Assembly (NCBI RefSeq): GCF_000582535.1
Contig: NZ_CP006932.1
Coordinates: 510,001 to 542,000 of the forward strand
DNA: 32,000 nt
Direction of reading: 5' to 3'
Origin: Candidatus Saccharimonadota bacterium
Lineage (GTDB): Bacteria > Bacillota_I > Bacilli_A > Mycoplasmatales > Hepatoplasmataceae
Of this stretch, positions 23,327-32,000 are shown in pieces (positions within the stretch are counted from its first letter, which is position 1; each line of letters begins with the position of its first letter). The position numbers and the translations under genes were made by a program. Below the pieces are notes generated by a model. That model did not search any database, was not told the DNA's origin, and saw only the letters and a program-made list of their open reading frames with translations.

Positions 23327-26300
23327 CTATAAAGAATTATCAATTTCAACTTCTTTATTATTTTCATCTAAGAATCTTAGATCCATTCCCAAACCACGCA
23401 ACTCATAAAATAAAACTCAGAATCCTTCAGGAATATTTGGTCTTGGTAATTTTTTCCCTTTTGCAATCGAATTATATAATTCATTTCTTCCTTTGATATC
23501 ATCTGATTTTAAAGTAAGCATTTCTTGTAAAAGATTTGATGCTCCATAAGCTTCAAAAGCTCAAGCTTCCATTTCACCAAATCTTTGTCCACCATTTTGT
23601 GCTTTTCCTCTCAATGGTTGTTGGGTAATAAGTGAATAAGGGCCAATTGAACGAGCATGCATTTTATCATCAACCATATGTGAAAGTTTTAGCATATACA
23701 TAATACCTACGGTAACTTTATCTTCATATCTTTTTCCTGTAATTCCATCGAAAAGATAAAATTTACCTGTTTGATCTAATTTCGCTTCTTTTAATGCATC
23801 TTGAATATCTTTTTCATTTGCTCCATTAAAAATTGGTGTTACAACTTTTAAACCAAGTTTTTTTGCAGCCATTCCTAAATGAACTTCAAGAATTTGTCCA
23901 ATATTCATTCTAGAAGGAACTCCTAATGGATTTAACATAACATCAACAGGAGTACCATCTTCAAGATAAGGCATATCTTCTTCTGGTAAGATTCGAGAAA
24001 CAACTCCCTTGTTTCCATGTCTTCCAGACATTTTATCCCCCTCTTTTAATTTTCTTTTCTGTACAATAAAGACTTTTACAATCTTTTCAATTCCATCATC
24101 TAAGCGGTCACCATTTTCTTTTGAAATAATTTGTACATCTTGAATTATTCCTTCTGCTCCATAAGGAACTCTTAATGATGAATCTTTTGTATTTTTTGAT
24201 TTGTTTCCTAAAATTGCATCTAATAATTTATCTTCAGGAGATAAATCATCTTCTCCTTTAGGTGTTACTTTACCAACTAAAACATCACCAACTTTTACTT
24301 CAGAACCAACAATTATGATTCCATCTTTACCTAAGTTTCGCATTGATTCTTTTGAAGAATTAGGAATATCAATTGTTATTTTTTCTTTTCCTAATTTTGT
24401 ATTTCTTTCTTCAATTTTATGCTCTTCAATATGAATTGAAGTAAAAGTATCATTTTTTATTAGTCTTGAAGAAATAATAATAGCATCTTCATAGTTATAC
24501 CCTCTTCAAGTTGTAAAAGATACTAATACATTTTTACCAATTGCAAGTTCACCATTATCAATTGAAGGACCATCAGCAATAATATCATCTATTTTTACTT
24601 TTTCATCTAGATTAACAATTGGTCTTTGATTAATAAGCGAAGCTTGATTTGAACGTAAGAATTTTTTAAGTTTATAAATATGCTCTTTTTTGCTATCATC
24701 AATAACTTTGATTATTTTTGAATTAACAAAACTAACTTTACCATTTACTTTTGTTTTTAAAACAGTAGGTGAATATTTTGCTGAAACTTCTTCAATTCCT
24801 GTTCCAACAATTGGTGCTTCTGTTTTAATTAAAGGAACAGCTTGTCTTTGCATATTTGCGCCCATTAAAGCTCTATTTGCATCATTATTTTCTAAGAATG
24901 GAATATGAGAAGTTGCAATTGAAACAATTTGTTTTGTTGAAACATCAATTAAAGTAATTTTTTCTTTTTTTGCAGATAAAAATTGCCCATCTTTTCTAGC
25001 AATTAAAGTATTAGGGATAATTTTATTATTTTTAATTTCGACATTTGCAGGAGCAATAACATGACCTTTTTCATCATCTACAGTCATATATGTAACACTA
25101 TTTGGATCAATTACACCATTAGTAACTTTAAAGTAAGGTGTTTCTAAAATTCCATATTCATTAATTTTGGCATAAATTGCTAAATTAAGAATAAGACCAA
25201 TATTAGGTCCTTCTGGTGTTTCAATTGGATCAATTCTTCCATAGTGAGTATCATGAATTCCTCGAACAATTAAAGAAGCAGTATCACGACTAAGACCTCC
25301 AGGTCCTAATGAAGTAATTCTTCTTTTATTTGATAACTCCGCAAGCGGATTTATTTGATCCATAAATTGGGAAAGTTGAGAAGAATTAAAAAATTCTTTG
25401 AATACAGATTCCATTAATTTATGATTTGTTGAATTTTTAATTGTTACATTTGATGTATCTTTTGCAGAAATTCGATCTTTTAAGTTTTTTTCAATTCTTA
25501 TTAAACCAATTCTAAATTGATTTTGTAATAATTCATTAATTGATTTAATTTTTCGATTAGAAAGAGAATCGATATCATCGTAATCACTAATTCCTTGCTC
25601 AAGATTAATAAAATGACCAACTGTAGCAATAATATCCGCAATTGTTAAAATTGTATTTTGATTATGAGAAGAAGATAAGATATTAATAATTTTATTATGA
25701 TCTGAAGGATCATAAATTTTAATTATATTAACTTGTGTAAAGTTTCTAATAATTTTATCTTCATTTAATTTTAATTCTTCGTTTGTTTGATATTTAGTAT
25801 TAGAAAAATTTAAAGGATTAAAATCACCAAAAATTTCATAATCAATCTGATAATTTGAATATTCTAAATTATTATCTTTTCAGTAATCATTAATTGTAAT
25901 TGCTTTTTCAAGATTAATTTTTGTATCTTTTTTAAAAATTACATTTCCTGAAGCATCTTTTAAATCAGTAGCAAGTGTTTGTCCTAAAATTCTATTTTTT
26001 GGTGCAAATTTTACATTTAATTTATATCTTCCTGTTTTTGAAAGATTATATCTTTTAGAATTAAAGATTAAATTAGCAATTGAATCATTTACTGCTTTTT
26101 TAGCAAAACGATCACCAGAATGGATTACTTTAAAAATTGCTCTTCTTGCTTTATAAGGTTCCATTTCTTCTTTTGTGATTTTTCTAAAAGATTCTTCGAT
26201 TAATTCATGATTTGAATAAATATCATAAATATTTTCTTGTGTAAGACCAAAAGCATTCAATAATGTAACTAATTTTAATTTTTTAGATTTATCAATTCTT

Positions 26301-26905
26301 AATTTAATATCACTAGGATTTATATTTAATAATTTATAATCACGATAATCAAACTCAATTCATGATCCTCTACTAGGAATAATTGAAGATAATTTATAAA
26401 CTGAAGAATCAGAAGTTGATTGTGCTCTTGATGCTTTTAATTTTTCAAAATAAACACCAGGAGAACGAACAATTTGACTAACAATTACTCTTTCTGAACC
26501 ATTAATAATAAATGATCCTCCTTCAGTCATTATTGGTAAATTTAAAATAAAAGCATCTTTATCATCGATTACAGTTCCTTCTTTTAAATTTATCATTTTA
26601 AAATGAGCTGAAATTGGAACAGAAAAATTAATTCCCTTTTCTTTTGCTTCATTTATAAGCTCATCATATTTAGATTTTTCTGGCATTTTTATTTTTAATC
26701 CAATATATTCAACACGAATTTTATCTTTTGCTGAATGAATTGGATAAATTTCACGAAAAATTTCATCAATTCCTGTTTTGATAAATTCTTCAAAACTTTT
26801 GTATTGAACATCCAATAAATTAAAAACAGGAAGATCAATTAGTTCGTTTTTTTGATAATTTCTTCTTTTTGTATTTTTACCATAAGTTTGAATTTTATAA
26901 TTCAT
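23327..26905 (-). CDS. rpoB: DNA-directed RNA polymerase subunit beta
   Basis: Pieces 23561-24343, 24506-25414, 25880-26260 and 26360-26917 are in one frame. I place the start at the ATG at 26903-26905 ([10 protein letters not shown]), 8 nt after a GGAG, rather than at the track's TTG. Hallmarks are [21 protein letters not shown] and FGEMEAWALEAYGA. TAG is at 23327-23329, 12 nt before rpoC. Confidence 0.95.
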
Positions 26906-27019
26906 ATATTTCTCCAATTAATAAATTTCAATCATTTTAGTTTTTCGATTCAAATTACCTTTTATAAAAGAGAAAAAAGAAGATAGCATTATCCTCTCCT
27001 TTCAATTTAGATAAAATTC

Positions 27020-27379
27020 TTATTTAATTTCAACGTCTGCACCAATTTCTTTAAATTGTGCGGCAACTTTTTCTGCTTCATCAGCACTGATGTTTTCTTT
27101 TATATTTCCACCATTGTCTACAAATTTTTTTGCTTCCATTAGTCCTAATCCTAATAGATCACGAACAAGTTTGATTACAGCTAATTTATTTTCGCCTGGA
27201 GATTTTAGTACAACAGTTTTTTCTGCATTTTCAGCACCATCTCCCATTTGTCCTTGTGCAGAAACTTGTAAAGCAGCTGATACATTAAATTTTTCTTCAA
27301 TTGCCTTGATTAATTTATTTAAATCAGCAACTTTCATTTCTTCTAAATCTTTAATAAAATTTTCTATATTTATTGCCAT
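27020..27379 (-). CDS. rplL: 50S ribosomal protein L7/L12
   Basis: This is an intact 119-aa ORF. It has the typical L12 N-terminal dimerisation helix, an Ala/Gly hinge, and the C-terminal KLVRDLLGLGLMEAKKFVD. Confidence 0.95.
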   Translation of the reverse strand: MAINIENFIKDLEEMKVADLNKLIKAIEEKFNVSAALQVSAQGQMGDGAENAEKTVVLKSPGENKLAVIKLVRDLLGLGLMEAKKFVDNGGNIKENISADEAEKVAAQFKEIGADVEIK

Positions 27380-27392
27380 TTTATACTCCTTA

Positions 27393-27896
27393 TTAATTTT
27401 TTTGCTTTGCTATTTCTGATAATACAAAAGCAAAATTTCTGATGTTTCCTTGTAAAGCTGATAGTAACATTGATAATAAAATATCTTTTCCTGGTAATGA
27501 AGCAATTTCTAAAATTTCCTTTGGACCATAAAAAATATTTTCAATATAACCAGCTTTTAATTTAATTTTTGAATCTTTTTTACCTTTTGTAAATTCTTTG
27601 ATCATTTTGTAAAGTTCAGCAAGTGCTTGAGAATTTTCATTTTTAAGAATAAGAAAAGATGATGAGTCAGTTAAATATTCAATAATCTCTGGTTTATTAG
27701 CATCTTTAAAAGCAATTTTTGCAAGACGATTTTTATAAACTTTATCTAATCCTTCTTGTTTAGATATTCTTGCTTTTATTTCTGTAATTTCTTTTGCTTT
27801 TAAACCATGATATCCTCAAACAATAATTGCATATGAATCATTTATTTTTTTAGTTAATTCTTCAATTTGTAACTTTTTATCTTTTTTTGTTAGCAT
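27393..27896 (-). CDS. rplJ: 50S ribosomal protein L10
   Basis: ATG is at 27894-27896, in frame with the track ORF 27393-27605 through TGA codons. The product is 167 aa. Its position between rplA and rplL is conserved. Confidence 0.88.
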
Positions 27897-27908
27897 ATCT
27901 TATTAGTC

Positions 27909-28598
27909 TTAATCCTTTGCAATTCTAATTCCAGGACCCATAGTTGTAGATAAAGATATATTTATAATATATTCTCCCTTTACTTCACTAGGTCTTTTTG
28001 CTTTAATTAAATTAAAAATTGCTTGATAGTTTTCCTTTAATTTTTGATCTGAAAAAGATAGTTTCCCAATTGAAAGATTAATTAAACCTTGATCATTAGT
28101 ACGATATTCAATTTGTCCTTTTTTAATATTTTCTACAGCAACTTTAACATCTTTAGTTACTGTTCCTAATTTAGGATTTGGCATTAATCCTTTAGGACCT
28201 AATAATTTTCCATATTTTGCAAATTTAGCCATATATTTTGGTGTAGTAACAATATAATTAAAATCAAATCAATTTTCACGCTGAATTTTTTCTAGTACTA
28301 ATTCATCATTTACATAATCAGCTCCAGCTTTTTTACCTTCATCTTGATCATTTTTATCACCAACTACCAAAACTTTTGCTATTTTACCTACTCCATGAGG
28401 TAAAACAATTGAACCACGTAATTGTTGTGAGGCTTTTTTTACATCTAAATTAAGATTAAAAGAAACTTCAACTGAAGGATCAAATTTTTCATAAGAAATT
28501 TTTCTAATAATAGTTAATCCTTCATCAATTGAATATAAATGGTCTCTATCAATTAAATCATTTGCTTTTTTCAATTGTTTTGATATTTTCTTAACCAT
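27909..28598 (-). CDS. rplA: 50S ribosomal protein L1
   Basis: ORFs 28269-28598 and 27909-28232 are in the same frame and are joined by TGA=Trp. The product is 229 aa and contains LGPKGLMPNPKLGTVT, the L1 signature. Confidence 0.93.
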
Positions 28599-29032
28599 TA
28601 TTTATTTTCTCCATCTTTTTCTGTTTCAACATCTACGCCCATATTTTTTGCTGTTCCAATTACCATACGCATTGCTGCTTTAAGATCTTTTGTATTTAAA
28701 TCTTGCATTTTATATTTTGCAATTTCTTTAATTTGATCAATTGTTAATTTTCCAACAATTTCCTTTTTTGATTTTTGAGAACCTGATTTTATTCCAAGCG
28801 CTTTTTTAATCATTACTGAAGTAGGGGTTGTTTTTAATTCAAATTCAAAAGAACGATCACTATAAGCTTTAATAATTACAGGAACAATATCACCATTACG
28901 ATCTTTTGTTGCATCATTAAAAGAACGTGTAAATCCTACCATGTCAATTCCAAGACCAGCTAATGAAGGGCCTGGTTTAGCTTGTCCAGCAGGAAATTGT
29001 AATTTAGCAACTCTTGTTAATTTTTTAGCCAT
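28598..29032 (-). CDS. rplK: 50S ribosomal protein L11
   Basis: This is an intact 144-aa ORF containing KLQFPAGQAKPGPSLAGLGI, the L11 signature. Its stop overlaps the rplA start by 1 nt (TAATG). Confidence 0.95.
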   Translation of the reverse strand: MAKKLTRVAKLQFPAGQAKPGPSLAGLGIDMVGFTRSFNDATKDRNGDIVPVIIKAYSDRSFEFELKTTPTSVMIKKALGIKSGSQKSKKEIVGKLTIDQIKEIAKYKMQDLNTKDLKAAMRMVIGTAKNMGVDVETEKDGENK

Positions 29033-29227
29033 TTCTTTTATTCTAACCTTTCAAAAGTTAACTTTAGTTTCACCAAGTAAGTTCTTTCTTACTAAAGTCT
29101 TATTAAATATAAAACTATTTAATAATAACCTCAGTAGCATATTTAAACATTTGTGTGGCTACTTTCTTTGGTTTAAATTATTTAAATAATTAAACACGAT
29201 AGTATTTTAACATAAAAAAGACCTTTT
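29033..29227 (-). promoter_or_regulatory. Long rplK leader: candidate internal promoter plus structured 5' UTR (possible L1 autoregulatory site)
   Basis: This 195-nt spacer is by far the longest in the operon. On the minus strand it has TGtTAAAAT (plus coordinates 29203-29211). It also has a hairpin agtagc-N19-gctact (about 29132-29162). A nested stem acttt/AGTAAG-aaagaa-CTTACT/...aaagt spans about 29060-29098. Confidence 0.3.
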
Positions 29228-29797
29228 TTATACTTTTTCAACATAATTTATTGGAAGATCAATTATTGTTTTACGATTAAACATTTCAATTTCAATTATT
29301 ACAATTTGTTTAATAATAGAAATATCTTTTACTTTTCCTTTTTTACCAACAAATTCTCCTTTTTTGATCTCCACTAAATCATCTACATTATAATTTACGG
29401 TTAATAGAGCATCTTTATTATCGGTAACTTTTTTTAGATCTTGATAATGTTGTTCTTCTTTTTTTTCTAAATTTTTAATTCTTGCAATTTGCTCTTCTGG
29501 AATTGGTGTTGGTTTTGTTCTTTGTCCACTTGAACCAATAATTCCTGTAACATATTGTGTATTTCGAATAATATATCAAGACTTATCTGTCATATCTAAT
29601 TTAACATAAATATAACCTGGAAAAAGTGGTTTTCTTTTGATTTTTTTTGTTTTTGTTTGATGATATTTAAAAGGAATATAAATTTCTGAAATTCCTGTAT
29701 CTTTATCTTCAAATTCACGATTATCAAGTGCTTCTTTTACTTTTTGTTCATAATTAGAAATAACTTGAACTATATATCACTTATCGTTTTTTTCCAT
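29228..29797 (-). CDS. nusG: Transcription termination/antitermination factor NusG
   Basis: ATG is at 29795-29797. The N-terminus is MEKNDKWYIVQVISNYEQKVKEAL (the NGN domain). FPGYIYVKL is present, as is the C-terminal KOW-like VGKKGKVKDIS. The product is 189 aa. Confidence 0.9.
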
Positions 29798-29818
29798 TAA
29801 ATTTCCTTTCAAGTTAAA

Positions 29819-29989
29819 TTATTGCGATAAAAAATCAATTAATGAAGTAACACCTCAAGAAAAAAGAACAATAATAACTGTAAGAATAATAATTACAAGT
29901 ATTGTAAGAAAAAATACTCTTAATACCTGTTTAAATTTTGCTCATCTAATTGTTCGCAACTGAAAACCAAGTCTTTTAAAAAAATTCAT
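29819..29989 (-). CDS. secE: Preprotein translocase subunit SecE
   Basis: The 56-aa product is MNFFKRLGFQLRTIRWAKFKQVLRVFFLTILVIIILTVIIVLFSW..., with a single TM helix. Its position between rpmG and nusG is conserved. Confidence 0.8.
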
Positions 29990-30002
29990 TATTTTATCTC
30001 GT

Positions 30003-30164
30003 TTATTTTGTTTCTTTATGTAAGGTTATTTTATTACAACTTTTGCAATATTTCTTAAGTTCTAGTTTTTCTGTAGTTCCTAAAGATTTATTAACAATAT
30101 AGTTTCTCGCAAAACATTCACTGCAGGCTAAAGTAACTTTATTTTTTCCTTTTTTATTTTTCAT
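30003..30164 (-). CDS. rpmG: 50S ribosomal protein L33
   Basis: The 53-aa product is [27 protein letters not shown]...[17 protein letters not shown], with the CxxC...CxxC L33 pattern. Confidence 0.88.
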   Translation of the reverse strand: MKNKKGKNKVTLACSECFARNYIVNKSLGTTEKLELKKYCKSCNKITLHKETK

Positions 30165-30211
30165 CTATTTTTAAATTTAATACTTAAATTATATAAAATT
30201 TGAAACTTTTA

Positions 30212-30245
30212 TGAAAATAAAACAACATAGTTAGCCTATGTTGTT
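30212..30245 (-). terminator. Rho-independent terminator overlapping the 3' end of the sigma-factor gene
   Basis: A perfect 10-bp stem aacaacatag-(5 nt)-ctatgttgtt is followed on the minus strand by ttttattttc. The gene's stop codon sits in the loop. Confidence 0.7.
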
Positions 30246-30866
30246 AAAATTATTTAATTTTTTTGTAATTTTTTTGCGATAACGATAAATAGTTTTTTCT
30301 GGAATATTTAAATTCTCCGCAGTTTTCTTTACGCTTCCTTCTGTTTCTAGTAATTTTATTAAAATTTTACTTTCTTTTTCTGTAAAAATTTTAAAATCAA
30401 TTGTTTTAAATACTCATGTGATAAAATCTTCTTCATCTTTAAAAATTTTTTCTCCTATAGAAGATGAACTAGAATCAGTACTATCAATTGATATTGCATA
30501 ATTTAATAAAATATGATTTTTTGTTGTAAATTTCTTTGCATAATTTTTTAAGTCATATTCAATAAAAGTTTCAATATAACTTGCAAATCTTTTAGGTCCT
30601 TCCAACTTATAATTTATTGTTCTTTTATAAAAACAATAAATTCCATATTGATAGTAATCATCAAATTTTAAAGGTGAATTTTCAAATCTCGATGCCACTT
30701 TATTTGAAATTTTTTTAATAAAAGATTCATACTTAATTAGTAATATTCTAAAATTAATATCATTTCTATTATTCTTGTTATTTTGTATTTTTTCTATTAG
30801 TTTTTTCTGTTCTTCATAATCTATCTGTTGATAATTTGTTTTTTCAAAACTTTGTTTAATTATCAC
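30231..30866 (-). CDS. Alternative sigma-70-family factor, SigH-like by position (211 aa)
   Basis: The GTG start at 30864-30866 has an in-frame TAA two codons upstream. It is the region 2-like segment DDYYQYGIYCFYKRTINY...FASYIETFIEYDLKNY. The C-terminal HTH is GSVKKTAENLNIPEKTIYRYRKKI (region 4-like). The gene occupies the sigH slot between rlmB and rpmG. Confidence 0.65.
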
Positions 30867-31572
30867 TTGTTAGAGCGTAAAGAAAAATACCAACCGAAGA
30901 TGAAACATTAAGTGATTCAACTTTCGAGTCAATATTAATCTTTGATGTGTAATCAGATGAATTAATTAGTGATGAACGAATACCTTTGCCTTCATTTCCA
31001 AAAATTAAAACTAGTTTTTGTTTTAATTTTTTCAATTCACTTGGCTTATATTTTCCATCTAAAGTTGTTGAAACAATTCAAAAATTATTATTTTTCAATT
31101 TTTTAATTACGTTTGCAGATGAAGTTATTGTTAATATATCAATATCTAATCAAGTACCAGCAGATGCCTTCATTGCAATATTTGTTAGTTTTGCACTATT
31201 ATCTTTTGTAATTAAAATTCCATCAACATTAAAAGCAACAGCGTTTCGTATAATAGCTCCCAAATTTTGTGGATCTTGTATTCTATCTAAAAATAATAAA
31301 ATAGGATTTTTATTATTTTTTATTTTAGAAATTAATTGATCCAAATTAATTTGATTTGGAAGATCAATTTCAGCAATAATACTTTGAAAATTGCCTATTT
31401 CTGGAAATCTTTTTTTTCAATAATGAAAATCAAATTTAAGTACATTTATATCGTTTTGTTCTAATTCTTGATAAAAAGAAAAATGTTTATTTTTATCTAA
31501 ATAAACTTTTTTTATCAAATCTCGCCTTTTATAAAAAATTTCCTTTACGGAATTTATTCCATATATTTGCAT
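30856..31572 (-). CDS. rlmB: TrmH/SpoU-family 23S rRNA 2'-O-methyltransferase (RlmB/YacO-like)
   Basis: ATG is at 31570-31572, in frame with the track ORF 31150-31344. SpoU motifs are present: LFLDRIQDPQNLGAIIRNA, LIFGNEGKGI and SLNVSSSVGIFLY. The product is 238 aa. Its 3' end overlaps the sigma gene's start by 11 nt. Confidence 0.85.
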
Positions 31573-31576
31573 AACA

Positions 31577-32000
31577 CTATTTTTTCATTAAATATTTTAA
31601 ATCAAATCCAAGAATCTCTAAATTAAAAATTAATTTTTGATATTCAATTTGATTAAATTCTTTATTTAGTTTTTTAACCTGCAACATTAAGTATGAAACT
31701 GCATTTGCAGTATCTAAATCATTTTCTAAGATTTTAATAAAATTTTCATCTTGTATTGATTTTGGCATTTTTTTATCGAAGATTTTATCATCAAATTTTC
31801 TTAAACAATTTTTAATCTTTTGCATCTGTATCTTTGCATTTTCAATAACATTTCGATTTATATCAATTGGTTTGCGATAATGACTTAATAAAAAAAGCAT
31901 TCTTAAGATCATTGGAGAATAATTTTCAATAAAATCTTTTGCATATATAATATTACCCAAGGATTTTGACATTTTTTTTAAATTGAAATTTATATGACCT
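31577..32000 (-). CDS. cysS: Cysteinyl-tRNA synthetase, C-terminal part (N-terminus lies beyond the window end)
   Basis: The KMSKSLGN class-I motif lies at the window edge, followed by an anticodon-binding-type helical tail. The position upstream of rlmB matches Bacillus. Confidence 0.8.
   Translation of the reverse strand, partial: GHINFNLKKMSKSLGNIIYAKDFIENYSPMILRMLFLLSHYRKPIDINRNVIENAKIQMQKIKNCLRKFDDKIFDKKMPKSIQDENFIKILENDLDTANAVSYLMLQVKKLNKEFNQIEYQKLIFNLEILGFDLKYLMKK

Noticed and set aside
29211-29227. aaaaaaggtctttttt after nusG as a rho-independent terminator.
   Set aside because: Any stem would be almost all A-T pairs with a 2-nt loop, which is not a credible hairpin.

Overview
The window comes from a very AT-rich (about 25% G+C by eye) mollicute-type genome that reads UGA as Trp (translation table 4). 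Every conserved gene (rpoB, rpoC, pgi, rplA, rplJ, nusG and others) is split into pieces in the supplied standard-code ORF track. Each becomes one uninterrupted frame once TGA is read through. I checked the merged frames codon by codon for TAA/TAG wherever I call a merged CDS outside the core genes.

Most of the window is conserved Firmicutes-like housekeeping DNA:
- plsX, a DAK2/YloV-type gene and divergent rpmB (1-3000)
- pgi (7316-8596)
- an ABC transporter with one ATPase and two paralogous permeases (8668-11657)
- a four-gene tRNA cluster, Tyr-Gln-Lys-Leu (11783-12119)
- a long minus-strand block, cysS-rlmB-sigH-like sigma-rpmG-secE-nusG-rplK-rplA-rplJ-rplL-rpoB-rpoC (19343-32000), in the same order as in Bacillus

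The accessory content falls into four parts:
1. Two tandem genes for large acidic membrane-anchored proteins (3018-7168).
2. A defence-type island at about 13.9-19.3 kb. It carries a multi-pass membrane protein, an Abi_2/HEPN-like protein, a CcrM/M.HinfI-like m6A methyltransferase, a 263-aa PD-(D/E)xK nuclease, a tightly coupled unknown 234-aa gene, and a divergently oriented HNH nuclease with an N-terminal winged-helix-like module.
3. A roughly 310-bp direct repeat (about 92% identical) that encodes that same module. One copy is fused in frame to the N-terminus of the ABC-transporter ATPase and the other to the HNH nuclease. The two copies bracket about 9.4 kb.
4. HeH/Rho_N-like motifs attached to two membrane-transport proteins.

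I saw no integrase, transposase, CRISPR array or rRNA. All family assignments rest on motifs and remembered homologues, not on database searches.
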